A DNA stretch of 44,405 nt from a virus, in IMG/VR virus record IMGVR_UViG_3300034069_000356, positions 1 through 44,405 of that record; one strand, written 5' to 3'. The notes beneath the pieces were generated by a model. It saw only the letters and a program-made list of their open reading frames with translations, did no database searches and was not told the DNA's origin. Position numbers and translations under genes: made by a program. Shown here one piece after another: positions 33,328 through 42,597 of this stretch. The stretch's first letter is position 1; each line of letters starts with the position of its first letter.

Positions 33328-34599
33328 TTAAATCTGATTAAACATTGCGGCGCCAGCGAACATCGGCTGAAGCAGCACAGTGCCGAAATCGATGTCCCAC
33401 CGGATCTTGAGGCTGAGATCATTGATGGAGCCCTGCTTGGTGCAGATGATCCGAATGCCCAGCTTCTCCGTGGTGGCCTGCATCACGTCCCAGCCATCTT
33501 CCGGCTCGACCTCGAACGTGCCCGGCAGGATGCCGAGAGCGCCCTTGACCCAGAACGGGTTGACTTCGGCAAGAGCGGTATTCAGCCACGTGATCGCAGC
33601 GCCGTTCGCAGGCGTCGCAGTGACGTTCTGATACTCGCGACCACCGATCGTGTTGCCACCGTTCGAGATGATCGCAGGGGCAACCGTCAGAGTGTTGGTC
33701 GCGGTGTTGACCGAGATGACACGGAAGGTCTGAAGCTGGCCCGTGTCCTGCTTGGACTCCATGTGAACCGAGTTGACACCCGCGATCGTGAAGGCATCAC
33801 CAGCCTTGACGTTGGCAATCGCAGCAGCGGTCACAACCAGCGGCGAATAGCGGTTGTCGCGGTTGTTCTCAGTGCCGTCCGTCTGGACCGTGGTAGCGGC
33901 AGGCTCCCAATACTGGTTGGCGCCGTTAACCGTGGTCGTGCCGCCCGTCGCAGCCGCGAGGCGGATAGCCTGGTCATCCTCGAACGCGGTGAAGCCAGCG
34001 AGGTTATCGCTGATCTTGTTGCGCTCATAAGCCGAGATGGACAGGTCACCCATCGTCTGGCGCTGAGCCACGTTCGACTTGACGCCGATCGCTGAACGAA
34101 CGCCAATGGCGAGGTTGCGGTTCTCGTAGGGCACGCCAACTTCGGTCATCTGAGCAGCCGACAGAGCGAAATCGTCATATCCGGTCGGAGCCACGGTGCG
34201 CTTGGTAAAGATCGAGCCCTCAAGCGCGACACGCTGACGAAGCGCCTTGTTCACGTCCGACGTGAGCTTGGACTTGACCGCCTCACCATACATATCCACC
34301 GCGTTCTTGTTGCGGTATTCCTTGGCGGACAGCTTCTTCGGGCTGGCCTTGTGGAAGCCAACCGAAGCAGGAACCCACATCTGGGTCAGGCCGTCGAAAT
34401 TGCTGGTCTGGTCAAAACCGTCATAGCTGGACCCGATCATCGGCATGGGCAGCCACACCTTGTCACGGGTGTAGACTTGCTCCTGAGCCGAACCAAGGTC
34501 CAGAACGGTCGCTGCGTTAGAAAAAGTTAGCCGGTCCTCAAAGGACTCAAGGATGTCGTCAAACACCGCACGGATCATGTAGGGAAACGAATTTGCCAC
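33328..34599 (-). CDS. major capsid (coat) protein, P22 gp5-like
   Basis: 423 aa versus 430 aa for gp5. GTG start 6 nt after AGGAGG. KVWLPMP versus TIWMPV, and the C-terminal DLSLKIRWDIDFG versus LSGLCRIALWYG. Synteny runs portal, scaffold, coat. Confidence 0.8.
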   Translation of the reverse strand: MANSFPYMIRAVFDDILESFEDRLTFSNAATVLDLGSAQEQVYTRDKVWLPMPMIGSSYDGFDQTSNFDGLTQMWVPASVGFHKASPKKLSAKEYRNKNAVDMYGEAVKSKLTSDVNKALRQRVALEGSIFTKRTVAPTGYDDFALSAAQMTEVGVPYENRNLAIGVRSAIGVKSNVAQRQTMGDLSISAYERNKISDNLAGFTAFEDDQAIRLAAATGGTTTVNGANQYWEPAATTVQTDGTENNRDNRYSPLVVTAAAIANVKAGDAFTIAGVNSVHMESKQDTGQLQTFRVISVNTATNTLTVAPAIISNGGNTIGGREYQNVTATPANGAAITWLNTALAEVNPFWVKGALGILPGTFEVEPEDGWDVMQATTEKLGIRIICTKQGSINDLSLKIRWDIDFGTVLLQPMFAGAAMFNQI

Positions 34600-34719
34600 C
34601 TAGGCCTCCTGATTGCGAGAACGAGTCAGAGCTTGATTGCTCGATGACACCCTCTCGCCATTCGCAGGAGGCGGACCTGATTGGTGCGGCATCACTTTAC
34701 GCGACACCGCACCTTTTAG

Positions 34720-35199
34720 TCAAGCGGCATCACTATCCGACTTGGGAGGGCGGCCAGGCCCACGCTTAGGCTCAGACTTAGCCGCTTCCAGCTCAGCCCG
34801 GAGACGTGCAATCTCGTCATCCTTGGCAGTCGTGACCTTGGCAAGCCCATCAGACAAGCCATGAGCGGCGCGTGGCGTGATGTCCCATCCTTCGCCGGTC
34901 AGCTCCTCGGCTTCCGTTGCAGTGTGAGCAATGCGGGTATCACAGAGCAATGGTTCTTTCGGCGAACCGTAGTTATTCACCGTGATAAACGTCTCACCGC
35001 ACTTTGCAGCGTCATCCGTCTGCTGGACGCGCTCCTCCACTTCGGTCTTGCGATACATCATGCGAGGGTATTCGGTCATGGGGGCAGGATCGTATGTCAC
35101 CTTTCCCTCATCCGAGACCCGGCGCATACCGCCTGCATTGGCCTGGCCTTCGAAGGTCATGACAGTTTCGCTAGGTGGGCGGACAGTGGTGGTGTTCAT
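34720..35199 (-). CDS. hypothetical protein between scaffold and coat, with a C-terminal AT-hook-like tail
   Basis: ATGA overlap. C-terminus KRGPGRPPKS. Confidence 0.65.
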   Translation of the reverse strand: MNTTTVRPPSETVMTFEGQANAGGMRRVSDEGKVTYDPAPMTEYPRMMYRKTEVEERVQQTDDAAKCGETFITVNNYGSPKEPLLCDTRIAHTATEAEELTGEGWDITPRAAHGLSDGLAKVTTAKDDEIARLRAELEAAKSEPKRGPGRPPKSDSDAA

Positions 35200-36038
35200 G
35201 CTGCCTTACCTTTCATCTTCTTCTTGAACGCGATGACCGCATCCCGCTTGCCGGTCTTTTCCGCTTCCTTCTCCAACCGGGCTAGCTCCTTGTCGTTATC
35301 CTTGCGGGCAAGAGGCGCAGACCCGCGCTGGATCGTCGGCGCTTCCGGAGCAGGCGGCTTCTTCTTCACGGGATTGATCCTCGCTTCCATCTTCATGAGC
35401 ATCTTGAGCTTGAGCAACGGATTCGGCTCGTCGACGATCTTAGCCAGAGCAGCCGGGTTCGCACCCAACGCACCCACCAGCTTCGCGCTATCGTCAGCAA
35501 TCACCAGTGCAGCACCGGCCAACTCAGGCCCAAGCGCATCCACTACCGCCTGCTGACGCGCTTCGAAGTCAGGGATCTTCAGGACAGCCGCACGGGATTC
35601 ATGACGGGCCTTGAGCCGTTCGAACTCGCGGGACTGCGCTTCCGTCTGGCTATGCTTTTCCGCTTCCTGTTTTTCAGCCTGCTTCTTGCGGTCATGCCAT
35701 GCTGTTAGCTGAGCCTCGAACTTGTCGGGATCACTATCGCAATCCTCCCATAAGTCAGGCTTCTTCCCCACCTCGACAGGCTTAGGCGCCGTACCTTTCT
35801 TGAGCGTGGCGTTTTCACCTTGGACAGATCGAAGCTGATCCCGGAGGCGCTTGACTAGCTCGGTTTCGTTTCCATCGTCCTCGCCCTCAATAACGAGTTC
35901 AAGAACATCGTCCTCTTGCTCGGGCGACTCCTCTTGTTCTTCCGGCTCTTGCTCATCTTCGGGCGGTAGTTCGTCCGTAAGCAAAAGCTCATTGTCCTTG
36001 TCATCCTCATGTTCGTTGTCGAACGCCATATCACTCAC
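35196..36038 (-). CDS. scaffolding protein
   Basis: Highly acidic N-terminus, then a long charged helical region. Lies between portal and coat. Alternative ATG at 36029. Confidence 0.6.
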   Translation of the reverse strand: MSDMAFDNEHEDDKDNELLLTDELPPEDEQEPEEQEESPEQEDDVLELVIEGEDDGNETELVKRLRDQLRSVQGENATLKKGTAPKPVEVGKKPDLWEDCDSDPDKFEAQLTAWHDRKKQAEKQEAEKHSQTEAQSREFERLKARHESRAAVLKIPDFEARQQAVVDALGPELAGAALVIADDSAKLVGALGANPAALAKIVDEPNPLLKLKMLMKMEARINPVKKKPPAPEAPTIQRGSAPLARKDNDKELARLEKEAEKTGKRDAVIAFKKKMKGKAA

Positions 36039-36255
36039 CCTTCAGATAGGCTTCGATAATCTTTGCACAGGCCACGACCTGACCCGCGTCTGCTTGCCCT
36101 GCCCAAAACATGGCGTGCGACATAGCTTCGCGCCTCATATCCAGATCGTGCTGAGCGGACTTGCCTGAAACCCCTCCCTCTCGCCCAAACAAAGCCGCAG
36201 CTTGATCCATCTTCTGCTGATACGTGGACGATGTGCTGTTAGATTTCGCTTCCAT
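36031..36255 (-). CDS. hypothetical protein
   Basis: AGGAGGAAGT precedes the ATG. 74 aa. Confidence 0.65.
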   Translation of the reverse strand: MEAKSNSTSSTYQQKMDQAAALFGREGGVSGKSAQHDLDMRREAMSHAMFWAGQADAGQVVACAKIIEAYLKGE

Positions 36256-36296
36256 ACTTCCTCCTACTCACCACTTAACCGGGGTGGACGGTTGAG

Positions 36297-38549
36297 TTAC
36301 TGATTACCGCCTTGTGGCTGGCTTTCAGCATGGGCTTGCTGACGTTCGGCAAGGTCCTGCGAACGTCGCTGCATTTCCTGATCGTGTTGCTGCTGGGCTA
36401 GGTCTGCACCCGTCTTAATGCGCTGATGCCCCATCTGCTGCTGCAAGTGAGCAGCCTGTGCGCTCTTGAGCTGGGCGCCGGCAACCTTGTCCAGCACATC
36501 AGCGGGTGACGGTGGGGTAGACAGCCCGGTCGGGACAGCAGGAGCCTTGGACAATTCCTCAGCCTGTGCCGTCTTGAGCTGAGCACTAGCCTGCTTGTCA
36601 GCCGCACTAGCCTGGTTAAGCGCAGCCTTGGACGCACTTTCCTGCATGGCGGTCTGCAATGCGATCTGCTGAGGATCTGGCGTCTGTTGCTTCTGCTGTG
36701 CCGCTGCCTGCATGGCCTGCTGCTCCTCGGGCGTCGGCTTCTTGATGCCTACCGATAGAGCCTTCTGGCGGAAATACTCGCGGGTATCAGCATCCAGATT
36801 GTCCAGGTTGTCCATCGCATCATACAGGATTGCCAACCCATCGGACGGGGACTGTGCCGCAATGAAGGCCTGCGACAGCTCCATGTCCATCCGAAACACT
36901 TTCTGGCGCTTGGTGGCATTGCTTTCCTGTACCGATGCCTCGACGTGGTAGGTGCCGCGTGTCAGGTCATTGCGGATCTTGTACACCCCAGACACCGGGT
37001 CCATCGTCGGTTCGCTGATCTTGGCCTTGCCCATCTGGCCATCAAGATTGCGGGTGTCGATCTCCCGTCCGGCCTCGTAATATAGCTCACGCGCTTTGCC
37101 ACGATAGATCACACCCGTTCGTGCAAGACCCTGTGCGAAGTTGTCCAGATAGATAACCGACCGGCTATCTATGCGGTTCTGATTAAGCTCGATCGCCTCA
37201 GCCGAGGTGTTGGCCGGGACTTGGTTCTGCTCGTCATCGTCCGACAGCATCTGCACGTTGAATTGCAGGATTGCGGCCAGCGTAGGCGGAACCTGGGGCG
37301 CCTCAATCTTGCCAATCGGACCAGCGGAGACAACTTCACCCTCTTGATTGCGAAGAGGCTTGAGACGACGGAACGGGTAACGCTTAATATTCCCCTCAGC
37401 CCACTCCTGCATCAAAGGACCATCAAGCTGCTCGTCCGCGACAATCGGCACCTCAAATGGCGCCATACTGTCGATTTCCATCAGCCGCGAGACAGACGAG
37501 TTTAGCCCCCGCTGAGCATCCTTCTTCTTGCGGACATACCCACGCGCACGAAGCTGGTTATCTACCCATGAGATACGACCATACACCACTACGATCGGGA
37601 TGCAGTCACCAGCAATATACCCGCAATCCTTGAGGATGCGCGAACCGTTCATGATGTACTTGCGAACCCGGCGACGCTTCCATTGCCGTGTGCTGCGCTT
37701 CCACCCCTGCGCCTTCAAGTCAGCCGCAACGCCATCCTCAATCTCAGACTTGAAGAACCGCTGCTCCTCGCCAGACTGCTCCTGCGTGAAGATCAACACC
37801 GTATCGCTGACGTCTTCCACCCGGTAGTGCTCGGCAATCTGCACAATTTCAGGCTGATACCAATCCCATGCCCATTTCCAGTTCGGCACCGGGAATGGCT
37901 CTGCGTTCTCCTCACCCCACGTCGAATCAAACTCACGACGCAGCATGTTGGAGATGACGAACGCGGACTTGGCATCAGACCCATCAGGCATGACACCACC
38001 GTAGAAATACACGCACTGGTCAGCGTCGGGGATGATGATGCCAGGCAAGATCCGCTGATTGTCGTTATCCGGATCATATGGGTCTGCGTAGTCCTCGGAC
38101 ACACGCCAAGCACCCATGCCACCAGTGACCATCTCAAGGAACGCATTGTCATAAGCCAGCATCGCATTGCTGACATGGGCGTCCGCACGAAACGCATCGT
38201 TCAACGTGTCGGCCGTGTCCTGATCTGCACTCTCAGCCGGCAGAAAGGATACATCAAGCCGGTTCTCCCGGTAATCCTCGATAATCTTCTCACAGGGCTT
38301 GGTAATCTTGTCGATCTCGGGACGAGGCAGCAGATCGTCCGTATCGCTATCGAATCCCGTTTCCCACATCGCCCCGGTGATGTTGATAAAGCGCCGGTCC
38401 TGTAGCATCTCCGAACGCATCTCACGCTGGGGCAATGCTACTGCGTCGAACTCCTCCATCGCGGTCTCATGGATCTCGCGTAGGTGATCGCTGTCATCGT
38501 CAGCGTCCGTGTCTTTGACTTCGGATTCGGGTAGCGGCTTATCCGACAA
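36297..38549 (-). CDS. portal protein, P22 gp1-like
   Basis: AWRVSEDYADPYDPDNDNQRI, IVQIAEHYRVED, KRRRVRKYIMNGSRILKD...IPIVVVYG and VGIKKPTPEEQQAMQAAAQQKQ parallel P22 gp1. Gln-rich C-terminal barrel. I prefer TTG 38549 (GGAGG 6 nt upstream); the longest ORF starts at 38570. Confidence 0.9.
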   Translation of the reverse strand: MSDKPLPESEVKDTDADDDSDHLREIHETAMEEFDAVALPQREMRSEMLQDRRFINITGAMWETGFDSDTDDLLPRPEIDKITKPCEKIIEDYRENRLDVSFLPAESADQDTADTLNDAFRADAHVSNAMLAYDNAFLEMVTGGMGAWRVSEDYADPYDPDNDNQRILPGIIIPDADQCVYFYGGVMPDGSDAKSAFVISNMLRREFDSTWGEENAEPFPVPNWKWAWDWYQPEIVQIAEHYRVEDVSDTVLIFTQEQSGEEQRFFKSEIEDGVAADLKAQGWKRSTRQWKRRRVRKYIMNGSRILKDCGYIAGDCIPIVVVYGRISWVDNQLRARGYVRKKKDAQRGLNSSVSRLMEIDSMAPFEVPIVADEQLDGPLMQEWAEGNIKRYPFRRLKPLRNQEGEVVSAGPIGKIEAPQVPPTLAAILQFNVQMLSDDDEQNQVPANTSAEAIELNQNRIDSRSVIYLDNFAQGLARTGVIYRGKARELYYEAGREIDTRNLDGQMGKAKISEPTMDPVSGVYKIRNDLTRGTYHVEASVQESNATKRQKVFRMDMELSQAFIAAQSPSDGLAILYDAMDNLDNLDADTREYFRQKALSVGIKKPTPEEQQAMQAAAQQKQQTPDPQQIALQTAMQESASKAALNQASAADKQASAQLKTAQAEELSKAPAVPTGLSTPPSPADVLDKVAGAQLKSAQAAHLQQQMGHQRIKTGADLAQQQHDQEMQRRSQDLAERQQAHAESQPQGGNQ

Positions 38550-38706
38550 TCGCTGCCTCCAACTCGGCAATCAGTTGCTTAGCCTGCTCAATGGTAAAGT
38601 GATGACCATATTCATCATCATGAAGCTCAACCCATTCGCCAGATCGGAGAACCAGGAAGTTGCCATTCGTGTCGGCATCGCCGAACACCATATCTCGCGT
38701 AACCAT
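38539..38706 (-). CDS. hypothetical protein (55 aa)
   Basis: ORF 38539..38808 trimmed to ATG 38706 (TGATG overlap). Confidence 0.5.
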   Translation of the reverse strand: MVTRDMVFGDADTNGNFLVLRSGEWVELHDDEYGHHFTIEQAKQLIAELEAAIVG

Positions 38707-38894
38707 CAGACTCGCCTTTCCGGCAGGGGCCGCCACGCCACTAGCTCTTCCATTGCGGCACGCGCCATCAGATTGTGTGCCATTGCCTGACGACGTTTCG
38801 CAATCCACATCTTAAGCCTGTGAGCTGCCGCATCGGAAGGCTTAGCATCCGCTAGAAACGCATACGCATAGGGCACATTATCAAAAGCTGTCAT
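38706..38894 (-). CDS. hypothetical protein
   Basis: ATGA overlap with the terL stop. Confidence 0.55.
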   Translation of the reverse strand: MTAFDNVPYAYAFLADAKPSDAAAHRLKMWIAKRRQAMAHNLMARAAMEELVAWRPLPERRV

Positions 38895-40132
38895 GCGCGC
38901 TTCCTAGTGAACGGAGTAACCATCGACGGGATGCTCATACTAACGGTTTTTGACTTGTTTGCCAATGCCCGACGCGCCCCCTCAACGGCATAGCGCAGGC
39001 TGTCGATCAGATGGTTATTCTTATCCTCCAATACCGACGTGACCTGACCGGTTAGGCTATCGACCTTGAAGCTGTAAAGGGTCAGCTCGTCAATCAGATG
39101 CTCACACCTAGGATGCACAACGATGTCATAGCTTTTCAGGAACTCCACGCCTTCCTCAAGCGATCGAGCGCCCTTCAATGCCGGCTGGATATGCGGGAAC
39201 CCATGCTTGCGGAGATGGCTGATCGTCTCGGGCCGAGCGCTGTCCGCCGTCATCCATGATTTCTCAGCCTCAGGGATGGACATGAACAGGTTGGGCAAAT
39301 TAACGATCTCGACGCCCAGCCCATACGCCTCATAATCCACAAATAGCGTGCGACCGGTGATGTAGCACCGCACAGCACAGCTCGGGTCTTTGCTGAAGCC
39401 GAAGTCAGCACCCAAGCGAAACTCAGCGCCTATGGCAGTCTCAAATGATTCCACACGCCAGTTCTTGAACACCCGCGCTTCGCTGTTCTGACGGTACTGA
39501 CCACACCAGATATGATTGTACTTATCGATGTCCCGGCTGCGGTCATACTCCATCTGCTCCTGAAGCTCAGACGGAAACCACGGATTGCGATCGTAGTTGA
39601 CGTTATCGACAATCGACCGAGGCGGCGGGCCATCCTCGCCACGAAACATCACATCAATCGGGTCGGTCGGTAGATCCGGGTTCCATGACCAGATGAGCCT
39701 AGACCCAGCAGCACGGATAGTAGGGACCAGCGTGTTGATGCTGTCCTGGCTGACGCTCTGCGCTTCCTCGATCCAGCAATCAGTGACGCCCTCGATCGAT
39801 TTTACGTTGGCTGCGTTACCTTTCAAGCCGGTGAAGATGAACAGCGAACCGTTCGGCCCGCGTATCTCGCTCTCCGTGCTGGTGAACACAGATGACAGGC
39901 CAAGCCGCTCTATCTCATCGTCAAGCAGGCGCTTCACAGAGTCCTTAATGGATTTCTGGACCTCACGAGCACACAAGACGCGATGATGCTCCTGCGCTGC
40001 CTGGATGACCAATGCCGTAGCGATGGAACGGGACTTAGCCCCACCCCGGCCACCCCACAGGGCGATATGACGCGCGTCCTTGTTCCATAGCACCTCGGCC
40101 CAATCTGGAATCTGGACGACCTTATCAGCCAT
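38891..40132 (-). CDS. terL: terminase large subunit
   Basis: Walker A GGRGGAKS and Walker B-like TDCWIEEA, followed by a C-terminal nuclease-type region. Overlaps terS by 8 nt. Confidence 0.9.
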   Translation of the reverse strand: MADKVVQIPDWAEVLWNKDARHIALWGGRGGAKSRSIATALVIQAAQEHHRVLCAREVQKSIKDSVKRLLDDEIERLGLSSVFTSTESEIRGPNGSLFIFTGLKGNAANVKSIEGVTDCWIEEAQSVSQDSINTLVPTIRAAGSRLIWSWNPDLPTDPIDVMFRGEDGPPPRSIVDNVNYDRNPWFPSELQEQMEYDRSRDIDKYNHIWCGQYRQNSEARVFKNWRVESFETAIGAEFRLGADFGFSKDPSCAVRCYITGRTLFVDYEAYGLGVEIVNLPNLFMSIPEAEKSWMTADSARPETISHLRKHGFPHIQPALKGARSLEEGVEFLKSYDIVVHPRCEHLIDELTLYSFKVDSLTGQVTSVLEDKNNHLIDSLRYAVEGARRALANKSKTVSMSIPSMVTPFTRKRA

Positions 40133-40502
40133 CGCTGCCGGGCTTGGTCTTGACGTGCTGAACGATCAGGCCAGTGGGTAGCGGATTCTCTGGATCAGAG
40201 CCTACTAGCGTTTTCTCACGCCATTCATCAGGTGCGCGATTCTTCAGCCCAAAGATGACAGCCGTTGCATTACCCTCGCCTGTCAAGGCCACAGACCGCA
40301 GCCTTTGCTCCCATGCGTAAACCGATCCAGCCTGAGCTGCCTTTACGGCGTCCGAAAACTCAGGGTGATTGTCTGCCCATTCGTAGATGGTTGAGCGTGA
40401 TACCCCTATGCTGCCAGCAAACGCGGCAAGGGAGTACCCGTCTTTCAGAAACTCAACGACCTGGGTGCAGTAGGCCGGATCATATGTGCTGGGCCGCGCC
40501 AT
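40125..40502 (-). CDS. terS: terminase small subunit (Sf6 gp1-like)
   Basis: ARPSTYDPAYCTQVVEFLKDGYSLAAFAGSIGVSRSTIYEWADNHPEFSDAV...FGLKNRAPDEW parallels Sf6 gp1 (GRPSDYMPEVADDICSLL...STVFRWLAKHEDFRDKY...ARMNPRKYGDK). Confidence 0.8.
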   Translation of the reverse strand: MARPSTYDPAYCTQVVEFLKDGYSLAAFAGSIGVSRSTIYEWADNHPEFSDAVKAAQAGSVYAWEQRLRSVALTGEGNATAVIFGLKNRAPDEWREKTLVGSDPENPLPTGLIVQHVKTKPGSDG

Positions 40503-40543
40503 AGCTATCTAATACACCACAAGCATGCTTGCTTCAAGCTTGC

Positions 40544-40744
40544 TCATTCGGACAGCAGCTTGACAGCTTCTTTAGGATAAAAGTTACGAACCTTCCCTGG
40601 CCCCCATACGATGTCGTAATGCTCACTGAGCGGAGAAGCCGACTCCCACACAATGTTCCCTGGCTTGTCCCAAAACGGATTACGCCTTGCCTTCTCATCC
40701 ATCCGCTTGAACCGGCGTGCGTTGCGTAGTGCTAGGATTGTCAT
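40544..40744 (-). CDS. hypothetical protein
   Basis: ATGA overlap. 66 aa. Confidence 0.6.
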   Translation of the reverse strand: MTILALRNARRFKRMDEKARRNPFWDKPGNIVWESASPLSEHYDIVWGPGKVRNFYPKEAVKLLSE

Positions 40745-41130
40745 AGCTCATCCTTAGCTTTTAGAATTGCCTCTGCTAGCTCGACAGCAGCCTTATCCAT
40801 AAGCTTGTTTTTAACGCCTCTATTGTAAGCCGCACGCGCCGATTTCATTTTGGATTGCTGCCTAGCGCTGAGAGCGATATTTTGCCCATTAAACCAGCCA
40901 TTATATTCATCTAAGACTGTGCTATTCGTAACAATCAATCCTGTGACTTCGTGCTTGTAATGCACGGGATACCCGCCCACGTTTTTCCATTCTTCCGGCT
41001 GTTCACACCAAAGCTGGCATACAAGCTCAGCGCCTTGAGCCGCTTGTGATTTCTCTTCTGGCTCATCAATATCGCCTCCGATAAGGCGATCAACCAACGA
41101 ACCCAGCTTTTCGAAAATGCCGCTGCTCAC
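40741..41130 (-). CDS. hypothetical protein
   Basis: ORF 40741..41160 trimmed to GTG 41130 (GTGA overlap). AT-richer segment. Confidence 0.55.
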   Translation of the reverse strand: MSSGIFEKLGSLVDRLIGGDIDEPEEKSQAAQGAELVCQLWCEQPEEWKNVGGYPVHYKHEVTGLIVTNSTVLDEYNGWFNGQNIALSARQQSKMKSARAAYNRGVKNKLMDKAAVELAEAILKAKDEL

Positions 41131-41438
41131 TTTAGTGCCTCGTCTATCATGGCTTGCCAAGCTGGGACCGGATCAAACTCATCAAGTCCCTCGCCCGGCT
41201 CAGGAGACCAGCACAAGCAATCCCACTGCGCGGCCTCTCCTGCCTTCACGACAGCCTCGGTTGGCTCATACATTGCCTTGACCGCAGCACGCATATCAGC
41301 CCTCCGCATATTCCGCGCCGTTTCGGAAAGGTTATCCCAATCGTCAAGCTCTGGTCGATATGGGTAGCCGCTTTCTACCTTGTGCCGATTTGCGTTTTCG
41401 GTTGCAGCACGGGCCATGCGTTCCACCATCTCACTCAT
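41127..41438 (-). CDS. hypothetical protein, paralog of 12969..13289
   Basis: MVERMARAA..., AAVKAMYEPTEAVVKAG and WQAMIDEAL are shared with the + strand ORF. Confidence 0.65.
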   Translation of the reverse strand: MSEMVERMARAATENANRHKVESGYPYRPELDDWDNLSETARNMRRADMRAAVKAMYEPTEAVVKAGEAAQWDCLCWSPEPGEGLDEFDPVPAWQAMIDEALK

Positions 41439-41629
41439 TGTCTACGCTCCAAATCTTTATCGCTTTTGATAGCGGCGTAAATGGCATCTAGAATGGATAA
41501 TGCCTCATCTCCTAAATCAGCCGTAACCTTAATGTAGGTTACTGCGCCAAGTTGCTCGTTACGCCATTCGCCAAGATGGCGTACCAGCATCATCATGCGG
41601 TCCGCTAAAGGTTTCGGAATCTCAATCAC
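41435..41629 (-). CDS. hypothetical protein
   Basis: GTGA overlap. Its N- and C-termini resemble those of the upstream neighbour. Confidence 0.6.
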   Translation of the reverse strand: MIEIPKPLADRMMMLVRHLGEWRNEQLGAVTYIKVTADLGDEALSILDAIYAAIKSDKDLERRQ

Positions 41630-41934
41630 TGTCCTCGCTCCAGCTCTCTGCCGAGTTTAATGCCTTTCAGCACCAGATCGACGGCCATGACGTTAGGTCG
41701 GTTGTCGCGGATAACTTCGATAGAGAACCCACCGTCTGCCGCTACCAAGGCCTCGGCCTCCATAAGATCTGGATCAATCGGCTTAGGAAGCTCCTCAACG
41801 ATTGATCGCGCAAGCATTACAGCCGTTTGGCTATCAAAATCATCCAGCTTCCCAGCGCCCGTATCGTTGTTCTCGATCCATTGGACCAGCTTCACCATGC
41901 GCTCCACCAGCTCGTCGGGAATGTCACTCATCAT
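41626..41934 (-). CDS. hypothetical protein
   Basis: 102 aa: IPDELVERMVKLVQWIE...ELERGQ. Confidence 0.6.
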   Translation of the reverse strand: MMSDIPDELVERMVKLVQWIENNDTGAGKLDDFDSQTAVMLARSIVEELPKPIDPDLMEAEALVAADGGFSIEVIRDNRPNVMAVDLVLKGIKLGRELERGQ

Positions 41935-42073
41935 CCGTCCTCTCAGCCTTAGCCTTGATAGCTTTGCGTATCTCTGACTCGGTCCATTCTCTCCCCGGCG
42001 GGGTCCAGATGGCGTAGTCCTTACCTTGGTGGTGGCAGTGGGTTATGTAGAGGGATTTCTGAGTGAGTTTCAT
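41924..42073 (-). CDS. micro-ORF (49 aa)
   Basis: Translation: MKLTQKSLYITHCHHQGKDYAIWTPPGREWTESEIRKAIKAKAERTDDE. ATGA overlap at the start. Confidence 0.4.
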   Translation of the reverse strand: MKLTQKSLYITHCHHQGKDYAIWTPPGREWTESEIRKAIKAKAERTDDE

Positions 42074-42420
42074 GCATCACCTTTAGCTTTGGCGATGGCT
42101 TTCGCAGCTTCGTGAGCTGCGACCTGCTCTTCACGCATAGACGGGATATGGCTGGTTCCCCGAAGGGCGCGCATTAGGCAGGCCACGCTAAGCCTTTCTA
42201 ATGCAGCAAGAAGATCCGGCGCCGCTGCGATCAGGCGAGCGTTTGCCGAAAGCTCCTCTTCGGTTGTGCGGTCTTTGTGTGTGCGACCATGGTAGGAGTA
42301 CCCGCCCTGCACAAGAGCCGAGAAGCGATTAACGCCCTCGGTCTCATCTAGTGCATAAACCATGCACGACATGTTGCCTTCGGTGAGTTTCCAGTCTCCC
42401 GGCGTATGCGTAGCCATCAT
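42070..42420 (-). CDS. hypothetical phage protein (TPGxW ... NARLIAAAPDLL family)
   Basis: HTPGDWKL near the N-terminus and NARLIAAAPDLLAALE form a widespread phage motif of unknown function. Confidence 0.7.
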   Translation of the reverse strand: MMATHTPGDWKLTEGNMSCMVYALDETEGVNRFSALVQGGYSYHGRTHKDRTTEEELSANARLIAAAPDLLAALERLSVACLMRALRGTSHIPSMREEQVAAHEAAKAIAKAKGDA

Positions 42421-42597
42421 TTATTCTCCTGAGAGGAAGGTTTCCAATTTCCGCATAAGAAGGGCAGCAGGAGCGGTAGGCGCCGAAACTTCTTCCCAGC
42501 GGTAAATGGTTTTTTCGTGGACGCCAAAACGTTTAGCGCACTCGCGTTTGCTCCACCCTAGGTTGAGCCTTGCGATTTTGAATTGCTCGCTTGTCAT
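42421..42597 (-). CDS. XRE/Cro-type HTH protein (58 aa)
   Basis: Below the track cutoff. Translation: MTSEQFKIARLNLGWSKRECAKRFGVHEKTIYRWEEVSAPTAPAALLMRKLETFLSGE. Its TAA abuts the next ATG. Confidence 0.6.
   Translation of the reverse strand: MTSEQFKIARLNLGWSKRECAKRFGVHEKTIYRWEEVSAPTAPAALLMRKLETFLSGE

Noticed and set aside
20012-38405. Long + strand ORFs inside late genes (for example 21725..22237, 29867..30427, 30211..30921, 32765..33331, 34861..35556, 37683..38405)
   Set aside because: Each lies wholly inside a longer - strand ORF that has recognisable homology (portal, coat, ejection or fibre proteins). They are GC-rich antisense artefacts.
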